From NCBI GenBank assembly GCA_050330635.1, contig JBHJNQ010000015.1, positions 93,162-157,161 of the forward strand: a DNA stretch of 64,000 bases, in the 5' to 3' direction. The notes below the pieces were generated by a model, which worked only from the letters and a program-made list of their open reading frames with translations, was not told the origin of the DNA and made no database searches. Positions 29,989 to 40,725 of this stretch are shown in pieces. Each line of letters begins with the position of its first letter. Within the stretch, counting starts at the first letter, position 1. Made by a program: the position numbers and the translations under genes. The stretch comes from Acidimicrobiales bacterium (lineage in GTDB: Bacteria > Actinomycetota > Acidimicrobiia > Acidimicrobiales > SZUA-35).

Positions 29989-31022
29989 ATGAACAAGCCA
30001 GAACCGAGCAAGGGAGCGGTGACGATCGTCGACGTCGCCCGGCAGGCCGGTGTCTCTCATTCGACGGTGTCGCGGGCGCTCAACGGCCGACCGTACATCA
30101 AGTCGGAGACGCGGGCCCGGGTGCTCGAAACGGCCGAACGACTCGGGTACGTCGTCAACCACAAGGCCCGCAGCCTCGCCGGGGGCGACTCGGGGTGGTC
30201 GGCCTGGTGATGCGTGATCTGACCAGTGCCTACCAGAACGAGATGATCAAGGGTGTCGACGACGCCCTGGCCGAGGCCGGGCTCGATCTGATGCTCTGCA
30301 CCACCAACGGCCGGGAGCGCCGGGAGGCGTCCTACGTCCGGCGGTTGTCCGTCGGGCTCGTCGACGGGCTGATCGTTCTCATGCCCCACAACTCGGCGAC
30401 GTACAGCAACGATCTGGCGTCGCGCCGATTCCCCTTCGTGCTCCTCGACGACCGCGGGTCGGCCAACGCCAACAGCGTGATCGCGGCCAACGCCACCGGT
30501 GCCCGTCAGGCCGTCGACCACCTCGTCGCCCTCGGCCATCGCCGCGTCGCCCATATCGCCGGCCCCCTCGACTCCGACGCCGGCCGGGAACGGCTGGCCG
30601 GATTCAACCGGGCGGTGGCCGAGCACGGTCTCGACGCCGATCCCGACCTCGTCAGGGCCGCCGATTCCGAGCCACGGCTGGCCCATGAGGTCACGACCCA
30701 GCTCCTGGACGGGCCCGATCGACCCACGGCGATCTTCGTCGGCAACGACGAGATGGCGCTGGCGGTCATCAAGGCGGCCCACCGGCGAGGGCTGAGCGTG
30801 CCCCGAGACCTCTCCGTCGTGGGGTTCGACAACGTTGGCGAGGCCGAGCGGGCCTCCCCCGGTCTGACCACGGTCGGCCAGCCATTGGTCGAGATGGGTC
30901 GCAGGGCCGTAGGTCTGCTGCGCGAGTGCATCGAGGACCCCGCCCGACCGGTCGCTCACATCGAGTTGCCGACGACGCTGGTGGTGCGGGGTTCCACCGC
31001 GCCCCCTCCCATCGCCGGGTAG
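29989..31022 (+). pseudogene. LacI-family transcriptional regulator split by a -1 frameshift in a G run (or assembly error)
   Basis: The HTH part (VTIVDVARQAGVSHSTVSRALNG...ARSLAGG) ends at the TGA at 30208. The sugar-binding part (VVGLVMRDLTSAY...FVGNDEMALAV...VVGFDN) continues in another frame to 31022. Adding one G to the G5 run at 30181..30185 gives SLAGGRLGVVGLV. Confidence 0.65.
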
Positions 31023-31132
31023 CGGCGGCGGTTCGTCGGAGATCCCGCCCTCAGGGGGAATCGAGGCGAATGTTCGAGGCGAAATGGTGCTGCAGCCGGT
31101 GGTTTGTCTGCCAGGATTGATCCCCGGCAACG

Positions 31133-31167
31133 AACGCGATCGACAGGTGCACGTGGCGGATCGCGTT
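31133..31167 (+). promoter_or_regulatory. 9-bp perfect inverted repeat between the lacI-like gene and the aminotransferase gene
   Basis: AACGCGATC-N17-GATCGCGTT followed by TTTC, 30 nt upstream of the ATG at 31197. Function unknown; it could be a hairpin or an operator. Confidence 0.25.
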
Positions 31168-31196
31168 TTCCCTCGAACCCAATCGGAGACCGCACC

Positions 31197-32414
31197 ATGA
31201 CAAGCGCTCACCCCCGGGGCCGGATCTCGGCCCGCGTCGCGTCCATCGCCCCCTCGGCCACCCTCGCCGTCACCAACAAGGCCAACCAGCTCAAGGCGGC
31301 GGGCGAGCCCGTCATCGGCTTCGGAGCCGGTGAGCCCGACTTCCCGACGCCCGACTACATCGTGGAGGCGGCCGTGGCGGCCTGCCGAGATCCGAAGAAC
31401 CACCGCTACACGCCCGCCGGAGGCCTGCCCGAGCTGAAGGCGGCCATCGCGGCCAAGACCCGCCGCGATTCCGGCTACGAGGTGACGCCGCAACAGATCG
31501 TGGTCACCAACGGCGGCAAGCACGCCGTGTACAACGCCATCGCCGGAGTGGTCGACGCCGGCGACGAGGTTCTCCTCCCGACCCCGTTCTGGACCACCTA
31601 TCCCGAGCCGGTGCGCCTCGCCGGCGGAGTCCCGGTCACGGTCGAGACCACGATCGAGTCCGGTTTCAAGGCCACGGTCGACCAGCTCGAAGCGGCCCGC
31701 ACCGACCGGACCAAGGCCCTGATCTTCGTCAGCCCCTCCAACCCGTCGGGCGCCGTGTACTCCAGAAAGGAGATCGAGGCCATCGGCCGCTGGGCGCTCG
31801 AGCACGGCATCTGGGTCCTCACCGACGAGATCTACGAGCACCTCGTGTACGACGGGGCGGAGTTCCACTCGATGCCGACCGTCGTACCCGAGCTGGCCGA
31901 CACCTGCGTCGTGCTCAACGGCGTGGCCAAGACCTACGCCATGACCGGGTGGCGCGTCGGCTGGCTCATCGCCCCCCTCGATCTGGCCGAGGCGCTCACC
32001 AGCCTCCAGTCGCACCAGACATCCAACGTCGACAACATCGCCCAGCGGGCGGCGCTCGCCGCCGTGAGCGGCGACCTCTCCGCCGTGGCCGTGATGCGGG
32101 AGGCATTCGACCGCCGCCGTAAGGTCATGTACGAGCTCCTGTCGGGCATGAAGGGCGTGGCGTGCCTGCCTCCCGAGGGGGCGTTCTACGCCTTCCCGTC
32201 GTGCGAGGGACTGCTCGGCACGACCATCGGGGGTCGGGTGGTCGACAGCACCCTCGATCTGGCCGAGATCGCCCTCGAGCAGGCCAAGGTGGCGTTCGTT
32301 CCCGGTGAGGCCTTCGGTAGCCCGGGCTACGCCCGGTTCTCGTTCGCCCTCGGTGACGACGACCTCGGCGACGGCCTGAACCGGTTGTCGGATCTCTTCG
32401 CCTCGGCCACATGA
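31197..32414 (+). CDS. pyridoxal-phosphate-dependent aspartate aminotransferase (class I)
   Basis: [49 protein letters not shown] (PLP Lys), and an ARFSFA tail. Confidence 0.9.
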   Translation: MTSAHPRGRISARVASIAPSATLAVTNKANQLKAAGEPVIGFGAGEPDFPTPDYIVEAAVAACRDPKNHRYTPAGGLPELKAAIAAKTRRDSGYEVTPQQIVVTNGGKHAVYNAIAGVVDAGDEVLLPTPFWTTYPEPVRLAGGVPVTVETTIESGFKATVDQLEAARTDRTKALIFVSPSNPSGAVYSRKEIEAIGRWALEHGIWVLTDEIYEHLVYDGAEFHSMPTVVPELADTCVVLNGVAKTYAMTGWRVGWLIAPLDLAEALTSLQSHQTSNVDNIAQRAALAAVSGDLSAVAVMREAFDRRRKVMYELLSGMKGVACLPPEGAFYAFPSCEGLLGTTIGGRVVDSTLDLAEIALEQAKVAFVPGEAFGSPGYARFSFALGDDDLGDGLNRLSDLFASAT

Positions 32415-34396
32415 GCTCGACCCGCCCCTACGGCACCTGGCCGTCGCCGCTGTCGGCGGAGCACCTCGCCGCCGGTGGGGTCAGGGTCGACGGCGTCGCC
32501 TGCCGGGGCGACTCGGTGTGGTGGGCGGAGCTGCGCCCGGCCGAGGGGGGAAGGGCCGTCCTCGTCCGTCGTCGGGGTGACGGCGAGCCGGTCGACGTGC
32601 TCCCCGCCCCGTTCTCGGCCCGGACCCGGGTCCACGAGTACGGCGGGGGTGCTTGGTGGCTCGGCTCGACCAGCGTCTATGTCGCCAACTGGTCCGATCA
32701 GCGGCTCTACACCATGGCCATCGACGACGACGGCATGGTGGGCGAGCCCGTCGCCCTCACCCCCGAGCCGCCCGCCCCGGCCGCCTGGCGATTCGCCGAC
32801 GGGCGGGAACACCCCGACGGCGACTGGGTGGTGTGTGTTCGGGAGCGCCACCGGGGCGACGAGGAGGCCATCAACGAACTGGTGGCGGTCCCCGTCGGCG
32901 GCGGGGAACCCCGCATCATCGGTCTCGGGCCGACCGAGCTGGCCGACGACATACCTATGTCCGATTTCGTGGCCGCCCCCCGGTTCTCCCCCGACGGCCG
33001 CTGGCTGAGCTGGATCCGCTGGAACCATCCCCAGATGCCGTGGGACGGCACGGAGCTGTGCGTGGCCCCGGTGTTCGGCGGTCTCCGGCTGGGCAACATA
33101 CAGGTCGTGGCCGGCAACGAGGGCGAGGCCATCCACGGCGCCGACTGGACCAGCGCTGGCCGACTCGTCTACTCCACCGACCGCTCCGGGTTCTGGAACC
33201 TCCATGCGTGGCGGCCGGGCTCGAACGGCGACGAACCCCTCACCACCCTCCGGGGGGCCGAGATCGGATCGCCGCCGTGGGTCTTCGGCACCCAACGGTG
33301 GACCGAGCTGAGCGATGGGCAACTGGCCGTGGTCACCACGACGGCCGCCACCGACGCCATCGCCGTCGTCGACCACGACGGAGCGCTCCACCCCCTCGAC
33401 AGTGCCTTCGTCATGGTCGACGCCCTGGCCGCCACCGATCGGGGCACCCTCGTCGCCCAGGGGTCGAGCCCACTCGAGCTGGGCGCGGTGTGCGAGCTCG
33501 ACGTCGACGGTTCCGTCGTCGCCGTCCACCGCCCACCCGACGATCTCGGCGTCGATCCGGCCTGGTTCAGCACCGGCACGTCCGTCGTCTACGAGTCGGG
33601 TGACCGTCGGGCCCAGGCCTTCGTCTACCTGCCGACGGGGCCCGGTCTGTCGGGCCCGGCCGATCAGCTACCGCCGCTGGTGGTCATGGGCCATGGTGGA
33701 CCGACGGCCCACGCCGCTCCCGCCCTCAACCTGCGGATCCAGTACTGGACGAGTCGGGGCTTCGCCGTGGCCGACGTCAACTACGGCGGCTCGAGCGGCT
33801 TCGGCCGGGGCTATCGCCGCCTCCTCGACGACGCCTGGGGTGTCGTCGACGTCGAGGACTGCGTCGCCATCGCCGAGCGGCTGGCCGCCGACGGTGTGGT
33901 CGATCCGGCCCGGCTGGCGATCCGCGGCGGTTCCGCCGGCGGGTTCACCGTGCTGCTGGCCCTCATGCGCTCCGACACCTTCGCCGCCGGTACCAGCCTC
34001 TACGGGGTGGCCGATCTCGAGGCCCTCGCCCGCGACACCCACAAGTTCGAGAGCCGCTACCTCGACGGCCTGATCGGGCCCTATCCCCAGCGGATCGACC
34101 GCTATCGGGAGCGCTCGCCGATCAGCCACGTCGACGAGTTGAGCTGTCCCCTCCTCGTGCTCCAGGGCATGGAGGACGAGATCGTGCCCCCGAACCAGTC
34201 GGAGGCCATCGTCGGGGCCCTGGCAGCCAAGGGCATCCCCCACGCCTACGTGACCTTCGAGGGCGAGCAGCACGGGTTCCGCCAGGCCGCCAACATCGTC
34301 CGCTCCTACGAGGTGGAGCTGTGGTTCTACGGGCGGGTCTTCGGTTTCGAGCCGGCCGACGCCATAGCGGCCCCGGACGGGGCCGTGGGTCTCTGA
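32411..34396 (+). CDS. S9-family serine peptidase (prolyl oligopeptidase / acylaminoacyl-peptidase type)
   Basis: N-terminal propeller-like part. C-terminal VMGHGGP...[11 protein letters not shown] (GxSxGG)...[12 protein letters not shown]...GEQHGF. The start overlaps the upstream stop (ATGA). Confidence 0.85.
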   Translation: MSSTRPYGTWPSPLSAEHLAAGGVRVDGVACRGDSVWWAELRPAEGGRAVLVRRRGDGEPVDVLPAPFSARTRVHEYGGGAWWLGSTSVYVANWSDQRLYTMAIDDDGMVGEPVALTPEPPAPAAWRFADGREHPDGDWVVCVRERHRGDEEAINELVAVPVGGGEPRIIGLGPTELADDIPMSDFVAAPRFSPDGRWLSWIRWNHPQMPWDGTELCVAPVFGGLRLGNIQVVAGNEGEAIHGADWTSAGRLVYSTDRSGFWNLHAWRPGSNGDEPLTTLRGAEIGSPPWVFGTQRWTELSDGQLAVVTTTAATDAIAVVDHDGALHPLDSAFVMVDALAATDRGTLVAQGSSPLELGAVCELDVDGSVVAVHRPPDDLGVDPAWFSTGTSVVYESGDRRAQAFVYLPTGPGLSGPADQLPPLVVMGHGGPTAHAAPALNLRIQYWTSRGFAVADVNYGGSSGFGRGYRRLLDDAWGVVDVEDCVAIAERLAADGVVDPARLAIRGGSAGGFTVLLALMRSDTFAAGTSLYGVADLEALARDTHKFESRYLDGLIGPYPQRIDRYRERSPISHVDELSCPLLVLQGMEDEIVPPNQSEAIVGALAAKGIPHAYVTFEGEQHGFRQAANIVRSYEVELWFYGRVFGFEPADAIAAPDGAVGL

Positions 34397-34405
34397 CCCC
34401 GCCGC

Positions 34406-35200
34406 TCAGCTCGATCCGGGCCCGTCACCGGCCGCTCGGAGAAAGCCGTCGATCAGGGCGATGACGTCGGTGGTGGCCTCCTTGTGGGGCCAGTGGTCGA
34501 CGCCGTCGAGCAGTTCGACGCGCGACGGTCCGCTCACCGCTGCCGCCACCCGCTCCACCTGGGCCACGGTCCCGTAGCCGTCGGCCGCGCCCTGCAGGGC
34601 GAGGACGGGGCAGGTCACGGCGGCCAGGTCGGCGTCGATCGTCCACGGGCGGAACCGGTCGGACAGCCACACCTCGGACCAGGCCTCGAAGGTGGCGTCG
34701 GCGTCGGCGTGATGGCGGCGGAGCCGGTCGGCGATCCGCTCCCGGTAGCCGTCACGGAGCTCGGTGATGGCCTCGACGCCCAGAGGTTCGACGAACACAT
34801 GGGCCGAGATCGAGACGATGCCGTCGACGGCGGCGTCGTCGACACCGGCGCACGACGGGTAGAGGAGGGCTATGGTGGCTCCGTCGCTGTGGCCGACGAG
34901 GACGGCCCGCTCCACGCCCTCCGCCGCCAGCAGACCGGCCAGGACCTCGGCCTCGTGGTGCATGAACTCGGCCGGCCACGGGCCGCGGTGCGGGGCCGAA
35001 CTCCCGTAGCCGAGCCGGTCGTAGACGAGGAGGGGACGACCGCACCCGTCGGCCAGGGCCTGGGGGAACGGGCCCCACGACGAGATCGAACCCAACCCCT
35101 CGTGGAGCAGGACGAGGGGAACGTCGCCGGTTCGACCCGTCGCCGGCTCCACCCATCGGCGGTGGATGCCCTCGATCGGGAGGTGGCGGGCGTCGCTCAT
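34406..35200 (-). CDS. alpha/beta hydrolase
   Basis: VLLHEGLGS and VGHSDGATIAL (GxSxG-like, H-S-D-G). It starts 10 nt downstream of the ligase gene. Confidence 0.8.
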   Translation of the reverse strand: MSDARHLPIEGIHRRWVEPATGRTGDVPLVLLHEGLGSISSWGPFPQALADGCGRPLLVYDRLGYGSSAPHRGPWPAEFMHHEAEVLAGLLAAEGVERAVLVGHSDGATIALLYPSCAGVDDAAVDGIVSISAHVFVEPLGVEAITELRDGYRERIADRLRRHHADADATFEAWSEVWLSDRFRPWTIDADLAAVTCPVLALQGAADGYGTVAQVERVAAAVSGPSRVELLDGVDHWPHKEATTDVIALIDGFLRAAGDGPGSS

Positions 35201-35210
35201 GCCGTGGGGA

Positions 35211-36848
35211 TCACGCCGTCTCGGCCGGGCCCGCCGCCTCCTGCTGGCGGAGCACGAACCGCTGGACCTTGCCCGTGCCCGTCTTGGGCAGCGCGGCCCG
35301 GAACTCGACGAGGCGCGGGTACTTGTAGGGGGCGATCACCGCCTTCACGTGGTCCTGGAGGGCGGCGACGAGGGCGGCGTCGGCCACGGCGTCGGCGGCG
35401 GGGACGACGACGGCCTTGACCACGTGGCCCCGGTCGGCATCGGGGACCCCGATGACGGCGCACTCGGCAACCGCCGGGTGGGCCAGGAGGGCGGCCTCGA
35501 CCTCGGGGCCGGCCACGTTGTAGCCGGAGGTGACGATGAGGTCGTCGGCCCGGCTCTGGTAGGCGAACCAGCCGTCGGGGTCGCGGACGTAGAGGTCGCC
35601 GGTGCGGTTCCAGCCGTGGCGGACGTAGACCGACTGGCGCTCGTCGTCGAGATAGAGGCAGCCGGTCGGTCCCTTGACCTCGAGGTGGCCGATCTCCCCG
35701 TCCGGCACGGGATTGCCGTCGTCGTCGACGACGCGGTTGCGGTAGCCGGCGATGTCGGTGCCGGTCAGTCCGGGGCGGTGGTCGTCGATCCGGTTGGAGC
35801 AGAAGATGTGGAGCAGCTCGGTCGACCCGATGCCGTCGAGGAGGGGGACGCCGGTGGCGTCGAGGAAGGCCTCGTAGGTCGGGGCGGGGAGCGTCTCGCC
35901 GGCAGAGGCCCCGTAGCGCAGCGACGAGACGTCGCGTCCGTCGAGGCGGGGCAGGAGGGCCCGGTAGGCGGTGGGGGCGGTGAAGGTGACGGTGGCCCGG
36001 TGGCGCTCGATGGCCTCGAGGAGGTCGTCGGGGGTGGGCTGCTCGAGCAGCACGGTGCTCGCTCCCGCCCGGAGGGGAAAGGCGCAGAACGCCCCGAAGC
36101 CGTAGGCGAAGGCCAGGGGCGGGGTGCCGGTCACCACGTCGTCGGGGCCGAGGCGGTAGATGTCGACGCCGGCGGTGTCGCAGATGGCGGCGATGTCACG
36201 ATGGAAGTGGCACGCCGCCTTGGGTGAGCCGGTCGTGCCGCTGGTGAACAGCAGCAGGGCCACGTCGGTGGCCGCCGTCGCCACCGACGGCACCGGCTCG
36301 GCGGCGGCGGCCAGCGGATCGAGGTCGCCCGACGGCCCCCAGGTCGACACCGGGGCCTCGTGGTCCATGGCCGCCACCTCGTCGGCGAGGCGCTCGTCGG
36401 TTAGCACCTGGGCCACGTCGGCCCTGGTGGCGATGGCGTCGAGCTCGGCCGCCCGGAGCAGGGGCATGGTGGGGACGGCGACCAGTCCGGCGTGGAGGCA
36501 GGCCAGGATGGCGGCGGCCAGCTCCGGCGAGTTGAAGCCCCGCAGCAGGACCCGGTTGCCGGGGACGAGGCCGAGGGAGCCGAGCGATCCGGCCAGCCGG
36601 CGGACCTGTTCATCGAGCTCGCCATAGGTCCAGACGTCATCGCCCCGTCGGTAGGCGACCGCTCCGGCGTCGACGTCGGAGCCGCCGAACGGTCGGCCCC
36701 GGACGGCCGAGAGCAGGAAGTCGGCGGCGTTGAGCAGGGTCGGGTAACCGTCGATTCCGGGGAGCTCGGGCCACTGCTCGGGCGGGGGGAGCCGCTCGGC
36801 GCAGAAGGTGTCGACATGGGCCGTCGGAGGGGATGGGGCTGGTGTCAC
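35211..36848 (-). CDS. AMP-dependent synthetase/ligase (aryl/acyl-CoA ligase type)
   Basis: LLFTSGTTGSPKA, YGASAGE, WNRTGDLY, PKTGTGKVQR. Confidence 0.85.
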   Translation of the reverse strand: MTPAPSPPTAHVDTFCAERLPPPEQWPELPGIDGYPTLLNAADFLLSAVRGRPFGGSDVDAGAVAYRRGDDVWTYGELDEQVRRLAGSLGSLGLVPGNRVLLRGFNSPELAAAILACLHAGLVAVPTMPLLRAAELDAIATRADVAQVLTDERLADEVAAMDHEAPVSTWGPSGDLDPLAAAAEPVPSVATAATDVALLLFTSGTTGSPKAACHFHRDIAAICDTAGVDIYRLGPDDVVTGTPPLAFAYGFGAFCAFPLRAGASTVLLEQPTPDDLLEAIERHRATVTFTAPTAYRALLPRLDGRDVSSLRYGASAGETLPAPTYEAFLDATGVPLLDGIGSTELLHIFCSNRIDDHRPGLTGTDIAGYRNRVVDDDGNPVPDGEIGHLEVKGPTGCLYLDDERQSVYVRHGWNRTGDLYVRDPDGWFAYQSRADDLIVTSGYNVAGPEVEAALLAHPAVAECAVIGVPDADRGHVVKAVVVPAADAVADAALVAALQDHVKAVIAPYKYPRLVEFRAALPKTGTGKVQRFVLRQQEAAGPAETA

Positions 36849-36967
36849 GGCAACCTCCGGATCGGGTGCTGACCACCGGGTAGGCGAGATGGTAGCGGGT
36901 GGCCCCGCCCCGTCCCAGGGTGGCGCCCGTTCGCTCCCGGCCGCTGGGCGCGCTTAGCTGGTGGCCC

Positions 36968-37837
36968 ATGCCGTCCTGGGAGACAACGTATGTCCCGTCG
37001 ACCGACGGGGTGCAGGTGGCCATGCACGACTTCGGCGGCGACGGCCGGCTGCTGCTGTTCAACCATGCCACCGGCTTCTGCGGCCACGTGTGGCAGCCCA
37101 TGATCGAGTCGTTGCGCTCCCGGTTCCGTTGCGTCGCCATCGACCTGCGGGCTCACGGTCACACCGTGTTGCCGGAGGGGCTGGCGCCGGTCTGGCGGGG
37201 CATGGCCGACGATCTCACCGCCGTCATCGACCACCTGTCGCCCGGCGAGCCGGTGCTGGCCGTCGGCCATTCGATGGGGGGAACGGCGATCATCATGGCC
37301 GAGACGGCCCGCCGGGGCCTGGTGGACCGGGCGTGGACGTTCGAGCCGATCCTGTTGCCACTGGCTCCCGTCGTGACCGGGGAGGCGGGGCCCGACATCG
37401 CCAGGGCGGCCCGCCGCCGCCGGGGCGTGTTCGCCTCGCGGCTCGAGGCCCGCCAGCGCTATGCCGGCCGCCCTCCGCTGGATCGGCTCGACCGGCGGGC
37501 CCTCGATGCCTACGTCGAGCACGGCTTCGTCGAGCGGGCGGATGGCACGGTGGCGCTGCGCTGCTCACCCGAGACCGAGGCTGCGGTGTTCGAGCATCAC
37601 AACACGGGCGCCGATCTGCTCATCGCCGGGCTCGGCATCCCGTTCCTGGTCGCCGTCGGTCGAGCCGACGACGGGCCGGCCGCTCAGGCCATCGCCGCCG
37701 TCGGGCCCCTCAGCGGCGTGAGGGTGGTCGAGTACCCCGATCTCACCCATTTCGGACCGCTGGAAGAACCCGATCGACTGGCCGTCGATGTCGAGCGGTT
37801 CTTCATGGGTGAGATCGGGACCGAGGAGGACGGTTAG
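36968..37837 (+). CDS. alpha/beta hydrolase
   Basis: LLFNHATGFCG, VGHSMGGTAI, THFGPLEEP. Confidence 0.8.
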   Translation: MPSWETTYVPSTDGVQVAMHDFGGDGRLLLFNHATGFCGHVWQPMIESLRSRFRCVAIDLRAHGHTVLPEGLAPVWRGMADDLTAVIDHLSPGEPVLAVGHSMGGTAIIMAETARRGLVDRAWTFEPILLPLAPVVTGEAGPDIARAARRRRGVFASRLEARQRYAGRPPLDRLDRRALDAYVEHGFVERADGTVALRCSPETEAAVFEHHNTGADLLIAGLGIPFLVAVGRADDGPAAQAIAAVGPLSGVRVVEYPDLTHFGPLEEPDRLAVDVERFFMGEIGTEEDG

Positions 37838-39057
37838 TCCGAGCCGGTGTCGGTCGCTGCGCCGACGGGCGGCTCGCACCGGGCGGGGGGTGCCCCGGTG
37901 CCCTCGGCTCCCGGCGCTGGGGGGACCGGGAGAGGGTGGTCTGGTTCGGCCAGCGCCTCCGCCGCCTCTACGGCGGAGGGCCGGCCCTGGGGCTGGGGGT
38001 CCATCATCCGCTCGACCAGCTCGACGATCGAGTTCGGGGTGTCGGGGGCGAGCTCGCTCAGGGGACGGAGAGCGGTTCGACCCGGCCCGACGTTGCGGAA
38101 GACGGATCCCGGTGCCCCGGTCCTGGTGCCCAGTGCTCGGTAGAGCAGGGCGCCGAGAGCGAAGACATCCATGGCTGCAGCCGCCGGGTGACCCCGGAGC
38201 TGCTCGGGAGCGGTGAAGAAGCGGCGGTCGCCGCGGTAGAAGCGGAGCGGGTCGACGCCGACCGCCAGGGCGGCGTCGGCGGCCGTGACGACGGCGCCCG
38301 ACGGGCCGAGCACGATCCGGTCGGGGTCGAGGTCCAGGTGGGCCCGGCCCCCGTCGTGGAGCACGGCAAGGGCGCGGGCGACGTCGGTCACGGCGTCGAC
38401 GATGCGTCGCCGCCCGCCGCCGGTGCCATCGAACCCGGTACCGAAGAGGGAGCTCAGGGCGGCTCCGGGCAGGTGCCCGAGCACGAGGAGGGGAAGGGGT
38501 CGGTCGAGGTGGTCGCCGAGGAGGGGGGCGAAGCCCTCGCCGCCGGCGGCGGCCAGGGCGTCGCGTTCGGCGATGAGCCGGTCGGCGGCGAGCCGGGTGA
38601 GAGGTCGCCGGCGGGGTATCCGCAGGATCACCGACGACGAACGGTGGGCGCTCCACGCCAGCCACGTCTCGGTGACGGTGGTGGTGGTGACGACGCCGAC
38701 GGCGTGGAGGTCGGCCGTCAGGGGCCGGCCGGCGCCGATGTCCCATGCCGACCGGGAGATGTCGAGGCGACGGCTGGAGCGACGCACCTCCCGGACGGCA
38801 CGAGAAGGTGCAGGGTGCCCCGCCCGGAGGCGGTGGGCACCCTGCGGCTGACGATCGACCGTTGTGAGGGTGCTCCGGGCGTCGGCATGGTCCTCGGTGG
38901 GGGGTGTGCGGGGGAGGATCACGTCGTCGCTCGCCGGAGCGGTCGGGTCAGCACTGCTGTTGTGGGACGGCAGGATCGATAGGGTCAGCACGGGGCCGCC
39001 GTCTCGTGGTCTGCCGTGCCCGGGGCCGGGTGGGGCCGGCCTGAATCCATGAACCAT
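37834..39057 (-). CDS. cytoplasmic protein-kinase-like protein, predicted pseudokinase
   Basis: Kinase C-lobe signatures are retained (FFTAPEQL, DVFALGALLY, DPQPQGRPSA). VILRIP replaces VAxK. HLDLDPDR (38317..38340) replaces HRDLKPxN. There is no DFG. The N-terminal 100 aa or so are Pro/Ser/Arg-rich, so the start is uncertain. GC3 is high across the ORF. Confidence 0.6.
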   Translation of the reverse strand: MVHGFRPAPPGPGHGRPRDGGPVLTLSILPSHNSSADPTAPASDDVILPRTPPTEDHADARSTLTTVDRQPQGAHRLRAGHPAPSRAVREVRRSSRRLDISRSAWDIGAGRPLTADLHAVGVVTTTTVTETWLAWSAHRSSSVILRIPRRRPLTRLAADRLIAERDALAAAGGEGFAPLLGDHLDRPLPLLVLGHLPGAALSSLFGTGFDGTGGGRRRIVDAVTDVARALAVLHDGGRAHLDLDPDRIVLGPSGAVVTAADAALAVGVDPLRFYRGDRRFFTAPEQLRGHPAAAAMDVFALGALLYRALGTRTGAPGSVFRNVGPGRTALRPLSELAPDTPNSIVELVERMMDPQPQGRPSAVEAAEALAEPDHPLPVPPAPGAEGTGAPPARCEPPVGAATDTGSD

Positions 39058-39262
39058 GGACTATCTTCGATGGTCATCGGTCTTCTGCTTCTCAGTCTGT
39101 GAGTGAGATTCCGCCGAACCGCACGCCGTTTGACGACCCGAAGGCTAGAACACTGAGAGCGGTCACTCAACCCCTATCTGTGGCAACAGGCTTGGACAAG
39201 GGCTACCCTTCGCCGCGGCGCACCCCGTCCCGTCTGGCCAAACGGGCCGGCTCGGACGGCGC

Positions 39263-40699
39263 GTGACCAGCTGGTACGCCCGGAACTTTTTTCGGCGGGC
39301 CCCGTCGGTCGCTGCGGTCCTCGTCATGGCCCTGACCGCCGCCGCCTGCGGCGCCGGGCCGACCCCCGCCGTCGACACGCCAGCAATCGACACGCCTGCA
39401 ACCGACACGCCTGCAACCGACACGCAGGCCCGGCCCTCCACCGCCGCCCCGCCCTCGGCCACGGTGACCCCACCGACCGGTGACGGGGCGACGGCGACGG
39501 CGACCGCGGTGCCGGTAACCCTGCGGGTCGGGGCCGAGATCCTGCTGGCCGACCGGCTCGACGAGCTCCGGAGCCGCCGGGTCGGGCTCGTGGCCAATCC
39601 GGCGTCGACCGTCGACGGCGAGGCCCTCTTCGACGTCCTGGCCCGCCACCCCGACGTCGACCTCGTCGCCGGCTTCGGGCCGGAGCACGGGATCAGGGGA
39701 ACCGAACCGGCCGGGGCGGCCGTGACCAGCGGGATCGACGAGGCGACCGGGGTGCCGGTGCGCAGCCTCTACGGCGACGGTGCCACGGCGCCGAGGGCGG
39801 CCGTCCTGGACGGGATCGACGTCCTCCTGTTCGACCTCCAGGACGTCGGCGCCCGCCCCTACACCTACGCCTCGACCATGGGACTAACCCTGGTGGCGGC
39901 CAACGAGGCCGGCGTCGACGTCATCGTGCTCGATCGGCCGAACCCGCTCGGCGGCACCTATGTCGACGGCCCCGCCCGCCAGCCCGACCAGGTGTCGCTC
40001 GTCAGCCGCTACCCGGTACCCCTGGCCCACGGGATGACGATGGGGGAGCTGGCCCTCGCCATGAGAGGCGAGGGGTGGCTGCCCGGCCTCGACGGCGTCC
40101 GGCTCGACGTGATCCCCGTAGTCGGATGGCGCCGCTCGGCCCGCTGGAGCGACCTCGGTCGGGCCTGGGTCGCCCCCAGCCCCAGCCTCCCGTCGACGTC
40201 GAGCGTCGAGCTCTACCCGGCCACGGTGTGGTTCGAGGCGACGTCGCTGTCGGTCGGGCGGGGAACCAGCGAGCCCTTCACCGCGGTGGGGGCCCCGTGG
40301 ATCGACGCACCGGCGGCGACGGCCGAGCTCGCCCGGCGGAACCTGCCGGGTCTCGCCTTCGGGGCCGCGACCATGACGCCGACGGCGTCGGCGGCCGTGC
40401 CGTCGCCCCCCTATGTCGGCCGGGACATACCCGCCGTTCGCCTCACCGTCACCGACCCCGCCACCGCACGACCGGCGGCGGCCGCCGTCCACCTGCTCGA
40501 CGTGGTCACCGGTCAGGCCCGGGAACGGGGCCTGCCCGGCCCGATCACCGAACCCGCTCTGTTCGACCTCCTGGCCGGCACCTCCGAGGTGCGCACGGCG
40601 CTCGAACGCGGTGACCGGGCCGACGACATCGTCACCCGGTGGGACGCCGAGCTGGCCGCCTTCGCCCGTCTCCGACAGCCCTACCTGCTGTACGACTGA
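39263..40699 (+). CDS. DUF1343-family lipoprotein (exo-beta-N-acetylmuramidase NamZ-like)
   Basis: Signal peptide with lipobox (VLVMALTAAAC). RVGLVANPASTV, GFGPEHGIRG and the conserved DUF1343 core. Confidence 0.8.
   Translation: MTSWYARNFFRRAPSVAAVLVMALTAAACGAGPTPAVDTPAIDTPATDTPATDTQARPSTAAPPSATVTPPTGDGATATATAVPVTLRVGAEILLADRLDELRSRRVGLVANPASTVDGEALFDVLARHPDVDLVAGFGPEHGIRGTEPAGAAVTSGIDEATGVPVRSLYGDGATAPRAAVLDGIDVLLFDLQDVGARPYTYASTMGLTLVAANEAGVDVIVLDRPNPLGGTYVDGPARQPDQVSLVSRYPVPLAHGMTMGELALAMRGEGWLPGLDGVRLDVIPVVGWRRSARWSDLGRAWVAPSPSLPSTSSVELYPATVWFEATSLSVGRGTSEPFTAVGAPWIDAPAATAELARRNLPGLAFGAATMTPTASAAVPSPPYVGRDIPAVRLTVTDPATARPAAAAVHLLDVVTGQARERGLPGPITEPALFDLLAGTSEVRTALERGDRADDIVTRWDAELAAFARLRQPYLLYD
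39373..39428. repeat. 15-bp tandem repeat CGACACGCCWGCAAY x3.7 (encodes (A/P)(I/T)DTP repeats)
   Basis: Units at 39373, 39388 and 39403, plus a partial unit at 39418. It lies inside the mature N-terminus of the lipoprotein. Confidence 0.85.
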
Positions 40700-40725
40700 G
40701 CCGACCGTCCGGAGGCCGGTCTTCG

